DNA of 64,000 nt from IMG/VR virus record IMGVR_UViG_3300026737_000001; one strand, 5' to 3'. The position numbers and the translations under genes were made by a program. Source of the DNA: a virus. Lineage: Duplodnaviria; Heunggongvirae; Uroviricota; Caudoviricetes. The notes beneath the pieces are model-generated. The model saw only the letters and a list, made by a program, of their open reading frames with translations, did not search any database and was not told the origin of the DNA. Below, one piece after another: positions 61,180-64,000 of the stretch. Numbering within the stretch: position 1 is the first letter of the stretch; every line of letters starts with the position of its first letter.

Positions 61180-61860
61180 ATGAAAAAAATCGGAGTTTTT
61201 ATTCCTGGTAGATTACAGAGCGAAAGGCTTCCAAATAAATTAATACTTCCTTTAGGAGATACAAACCTTTGGGATATAGCCTGCAAAAAGCTAAACAGTC
61301 TGCCAGATAAGTATAATAAATATGCACTATGCTACGACAAAGAGCTTGTAGAGATTGCTCAAAAATATGATAATCTAACAGTTATTTTAAGAGATGAAAA
61401 TACGGCCTTAGTTGATGGCCCGCTTGAGTATATATTTAAAGACTTAAAAGAAGTAGAAGATACCCACTTAATGTTTTTAAATCCGTGCCTTGCTTTTTTA
61501 AAAAAAGAAACAATCTTAAAGTCATTAGAGACATTTGATAGTTTAGATGAAGATTATTGTGAGGGCAACTATGCAACAAGCGTAAAGGTCTATAAAAACT
61601 GGTTATTTAATAATGAGAATAAATGCTTAACAGATATAAACTATGAGAGGCTGACAACAAAAGAAATACCTGATTATTACGAAGCTGCTCACTGCTTTCA
61701 TATTTTTAACAAAGATAATTTTTTCAAAGATGGACAGATGCTAAAAGACAACCATTCTCTAATAGAAGTACCAAACAAAGAAGTAATAGATATAGACACC
61801 AAAGAGGATTATGAATTTGCTAAATGGAAGTGGGAAAATAAGTCAACTTCTCCCACCTAA
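61180..61860 (+). CDS. cytidylyltransferase, CMP-NeuAc/CMP-sugar synthetase-like (last 5 codons donated by the IS end)
   Basis: IPGRLQSERLPNK and DIDTKEDY motifs of the NeuA/KdsB family. Confidence 0.85.
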   Translation: MKKIGVFIPGRLQSERLPNKLILPLGDTNLWDIACKKLNSLPDKYNKYALCYDKELVEIAQKYDNLTVILRDENTALVDGPLEYIFKDLKEVEDTHLMFLNPCLAFLKKETILKSLETFDSLDEDYCEGNYATSVKVYKNWLFNNENKCLTDINYERLTTKEIPDYYEAAHCFHIFNKDNFFKDGQMLKDNHSLIEVPNKEVIDIDTKEDYEFAKWKWENKSTSPT

Positions 61861-62070
61861 TCAAAAACAAGATTAGAAGGGAGCTTGTTAAGTAATAAAC
61901 CATACTCAGTATAGTCTATTAACAAGTTTTCGCACCTTCTTAAACCCACAAGTGGGTGATTCAGGATTAAGAAAGTTACAGGATGGTTGACTCGTGAATC
62001 TTTTTCACCCTATCCACCATGTTAAAACACAGTGGGTTACAGATTACTCTGTAAGCTGTATTAAACAGCT
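61842..62070 (-). ncRNA. putative omegaRNA scaffold of TnpB (may begin inside tnpB)
   Basis: Non-coding, hairpin-rich stretch between the tnpB stop and the right end: 62054-62070, 62037-62054, 61943-61956, 61884-61926, 61850-61883. Confidence 0.65.
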
Positions 62071-63205
62071 ATGCTACATCGACAAAAGGATTTTCTATCT
62101 CAATACCCATAGCAAGTTTAGCTATATTTATACTGGCATTAGTATCAGCATTAAAAGTGTGACCATTAGTACATTCAAACAAGTTTTGTGTTTCTCTTAT
62201 GCCTTCTTGTCCACATACGTGGCATATCTTAGATGTTTTGTAAGGATTAACTTCTTCAACAGGTAAGTTATTAAGATTAGCTTTATGTTTTACAAACTGT
62301 TTTAATTGATAGTAAGCCCAACTATTTTTCTCATAGTTGTTTAGATTGTTATCGTTAGTAATATTCTTTCTAATATTCTTAAGGTTTTCAAATACAATAG
62401 TAGAATTATATTCTTTAGCTATCTCAATAATTCTATTAGTTATAAGCCAGTTAGTTTCTTTAGTAATTCTGTTTTCTTTAATCAGTGAAGTATTCTTACT
62501 ATCAGACTTAAAAGCTTTACGCTTACGTTTACTTTTATATCTCATACGTTTAAACCTTAACTCTTTACCTGATAGGTGTTCAGTATGCAAAATATTTTCA
62601 CTGCTGTCTACTACACTAAACGTAGCTAGATTAATAATACCAAGGTCAACACCAAGATGAGTGTCTGTTTCTTTTCCTTTCACTTCGTATCTTAGTATAA
62701 AATTAAGATACCATTCACCATCTTGTTTATATAGCTCAGCTGTTTTAATCTCGTACCTATCATTATTAATATAATTTAAGTGGTAGTTGCTTAAAGAGAT
62801 AGGTACGTAGATATTGTTATAAGGCTCAATGCTTATCTTTATAATATTAGTACCGTTATCTTTTCTTATAAGTTTAAAACTTTTATTCTTAACTAAATCA
62901 ACAGGTACTTGATAGTTAAACTTAACGTTATCTCTAAACTTTTTATGACAAGACTTATAAGATTCCATAGCTTTACGATTAGCTTCAATAGCTACCTGTG
63001 AAGGGAGGTTGTAATTATTCTTAACAACTCTATATACATGCTTATGTGATTTAGTGTAAGCAGTAAGCCCCCAGTGTTTAATTATTTTGAGGGCTGAACG
63101 AATAGCTTTGTTCCAGTTACGAGAAAGCTTTTTTAGTTCATTACGTTTAATATTTGTAGGTTCAAATAATTTAATGTGGTGTAGTGTGATATGTGATTTA
63201 CTCAT
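62069..63205 (-). CDS. tnpB: RNA-guided endonuclease TnpB
   Basis: RuvC-I GVDLG, RuvC-II VFENL, RuvC-III NADTNAS; TSKICHVCG zinc ribbon; likely start ATG 63205 overlapping the RHH stop. Confidence 0.92.
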   Translation of the reverse strand: MSKSHITLHHIKLFEPTNIKRNELKKLSRNWNKAIRSALKIIKHWGLTAYTKSHKHVYRVVKNNYNLPSQVAIEANRKAMESYKSCHKKFRDNVKFNYQVPVDLVKNKSFKLIRKDNGTNIIKISIEPYNNIYVPISLSNYHLNYINNDRYEIKTAELYKQDGEWYLNFILRYEVKGKETDTHLGVDLGIINLATFSVVDSSENILHTEHLSGKELRFKRMRYKSKRKRKAFKSDSKNTSLIKENRITKETNWLITNRIIEIAKEYNSTIVFENLKNIRKNITNDNNLNNYEKNSWAYYQLKQFVKHKANLNNLPVEEVNPYKTSKICHVCGQEGIRETQNLFECTNGHTFNADTNASINIAKLAMGIEIENPFVDVA

Positions 63206-63338
63206 TGTTATCACTTTCTTCATAGTATTGAAATAAAATATAGCGAACCATTTCTGAAATGCCTATGCCTTTTTTGTTTCCTTCTTCATCTAGTTTATCT
63301 CTAAGATATTTAGGTAAAGAGACTTGTGTTCGTTCCAT
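63198..63338 (-). CDS. 46-aa ribbon-helix-helix (CopG/Arc-like) protein, absent from the ORF track
   Basis: Hand translation MERTQVSLPKYLRDKLDEEGNKKGIGISEMVRYILFQYYEESDNNE; SD GAGGTG; strand-helix-G-helix pattern. Confidence 0.8.
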   Translation of the reverse strand: MERTQVSLPKYLRDKLDEEGNKKGIGISEMVRYILFQYYEESDNNE

Positions 63339-63358
63339 TTTTATCACCTCATACTACT

Positions 63359-63387
63359 ATTATACCACATTTTGTTGTAAAAGTCAA
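63359..63387 (-). promoter_or_regulatory. sigma-A-type promoter driving RHH-tnpB
   Basis: Minus strand TTGACT, 17 bp, TGgTATAAT, about 20 nt upstream of the RHH start. Confidence 0.8.
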
Positions 63388-63520
63388 GTATTTAAACACT
63401 TAAATGTTACAAAATATTTAAAAAAGGATGGTGAAAAAATAGTAAGGATATTAAATTACGCAATTCCTCCCCACCCTAATCAGAGACAAGATTAGGATGA
63501 GGTTTCCTTGCTATAAATAA

Positions 63521-63811
63521 ATGAAATATGTTGTAGATATAGATGGAACTATATGTACACAAGAGAAAAACTATCATGATGCTAAGCCAAAAAAAGAAAA
63601 AATAAAAATGTTTAACAGATTATATGATGAAGGAAATACTATATGGTACTTCACAGCTAGAGGTACTGAAACTGAAATTGACTGGCGTTTTGTCACAGAA
63701 AAGCAGTTTGAGGACTGGGGCGTGAGGTACCATAAATTATTATTTAAAAAACCCTCTGCCGATGTTTATGTAGGAGATAGAATGGTTAATATAGAAAATT
63801 TTGAAATTTAA
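63521..63811 (+). CDS. small HAD-family phosphatase (capsule biosynthesis EcbF/BcbF-like)
   Basis: YVVDIDGTIC (DxDxT), FTARG, KKPSADVYVGD. Confidence 0.8.
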   Translation: MKYVVDIDGTICTQEKNYHDAKPKKEKIKMFNRLYDEGNTIWYFTARGTETEIDWRFVTEKQFEDWGVRYHKLLFKKPSADVYVGDRMVNIENFEI

Positions 63812-63853
63812 TTTTTTAAAGGGGGTAAACTTCAAAAATAGAGAGGTGAAATA

Positions 63854-64000
63854 ATGGCATATGTTATAAAAAACTTAAAGATAACATGGGATTGGTCAGG
63901 AGACATATATGCTGTTCTTGGATTTAATGTAGCAATAACACCTGTTGGAGTTGAGCCTACTGATGAGATTGTTGTATTAGCTCAAACCGGTAAGGAAAAA
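63854..64000 (+). CDS. tail fibre family B member (5' partial, runs off the window)
   Basis: MAYVIKNLKITWDWSGDIYAVLGFNVAITP matches the N-termini of 53053, 55301 and 58127; SD GAGAGGTG. Confidence 0.8.
   Translation, partial: MAYVIKNLKITWDWSGDIYAVLGFNVAITPVGVEPTDEIVVLAQTGKEK

Larger units (their letters stand above)
61842..63512 (-). mobile_element. IS200/IS605-family non-autonomous element (RHH + tnpB, no tnpA), about 1.67 kb
   Basis: Matching subterminal hairpins at 61850-61883 and 63466-63502 (CCTAATC-aRaRacaa-GATTAG); right end ...GGGAGAAGTTGAC; left end AGCAAGGAAACC preceded by TTTAT on the minus strand; boundaries +/-2 nt. Confidence 0.8.

Noticed and set aside
21569-63223. ORF-track starts at 21569, 28728, 46862 and 63223
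   Set aside because: Downstream ATGs (21578, 28752, 46871, 63205) fit SD spacing or translational coupling better
61994-63495. Plus-strand ORFs 61994-62266, 62337-62660 and 63259-63495
   Set aside because: They are antisense to tnpB, the omegaRNA or the RHH gene; none resembles TnpA (no HUH or Y1 motif)
63801-63831. TTGAAA...TAAACT upstream of the last fibre gene as a promoter
   Set aside because: 19-bp spacing and a weak -10; not supportable
1-64000. Stop-codon reassignment, CRISPR arrays, tRNA or rRNA genes
   Set aside because: Genes end in TAA, TAG and TGA and abut normally under code 11; no regularly spaced direct repeats or structural RNA genes were recognised

Overview
AT-rich, almost entirely plus-strand contractile-tail (myovirus-type) morphogenesis region of a large phage or prophage. 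Its Shine-Dalgarno sites and sigma-A-type promoters are Firmicutes-like. Gene order: two sheath paralogues, three tube-fold genes, two tail chaperones, three consecutive giant proteins (1941, 2353 and about 2365 aa), spike, wedge and baseplate-J genes, a paralogous baseplate/fibre family, then a modular tail-fibre array. The array is interrupted by a three-gene cassette with its own promoter (radical SAM/SPASM, CMP-sugar synthetase-like, HAD phosphatase). An IS200/IS605-type element carrying an unannotated 46-aa ribbon-helix-helix gene and tnpB sits inside that cassette. Main discovery: the 2353-aa protein (14505-21566), next to the tape-measure position, appears to be a single-chain two-barrel RNA polymerase. 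It has beta-like then beta'-like motifs: paired lysines, RxxxSGR, RxPxxH, GDSDGD and a TQxxxxxxH trigger loop. It also has an N-terminal DEDDh exonuclease with a complete catalytic set and a tape-measure-like C-terminus, and both flanking giants carry staphylococcal-nuclease-like domains. All domain calls come from manual motif reading; no database search was run. No head, terminase, rRNA, tRNA or CRISPR features were seen.
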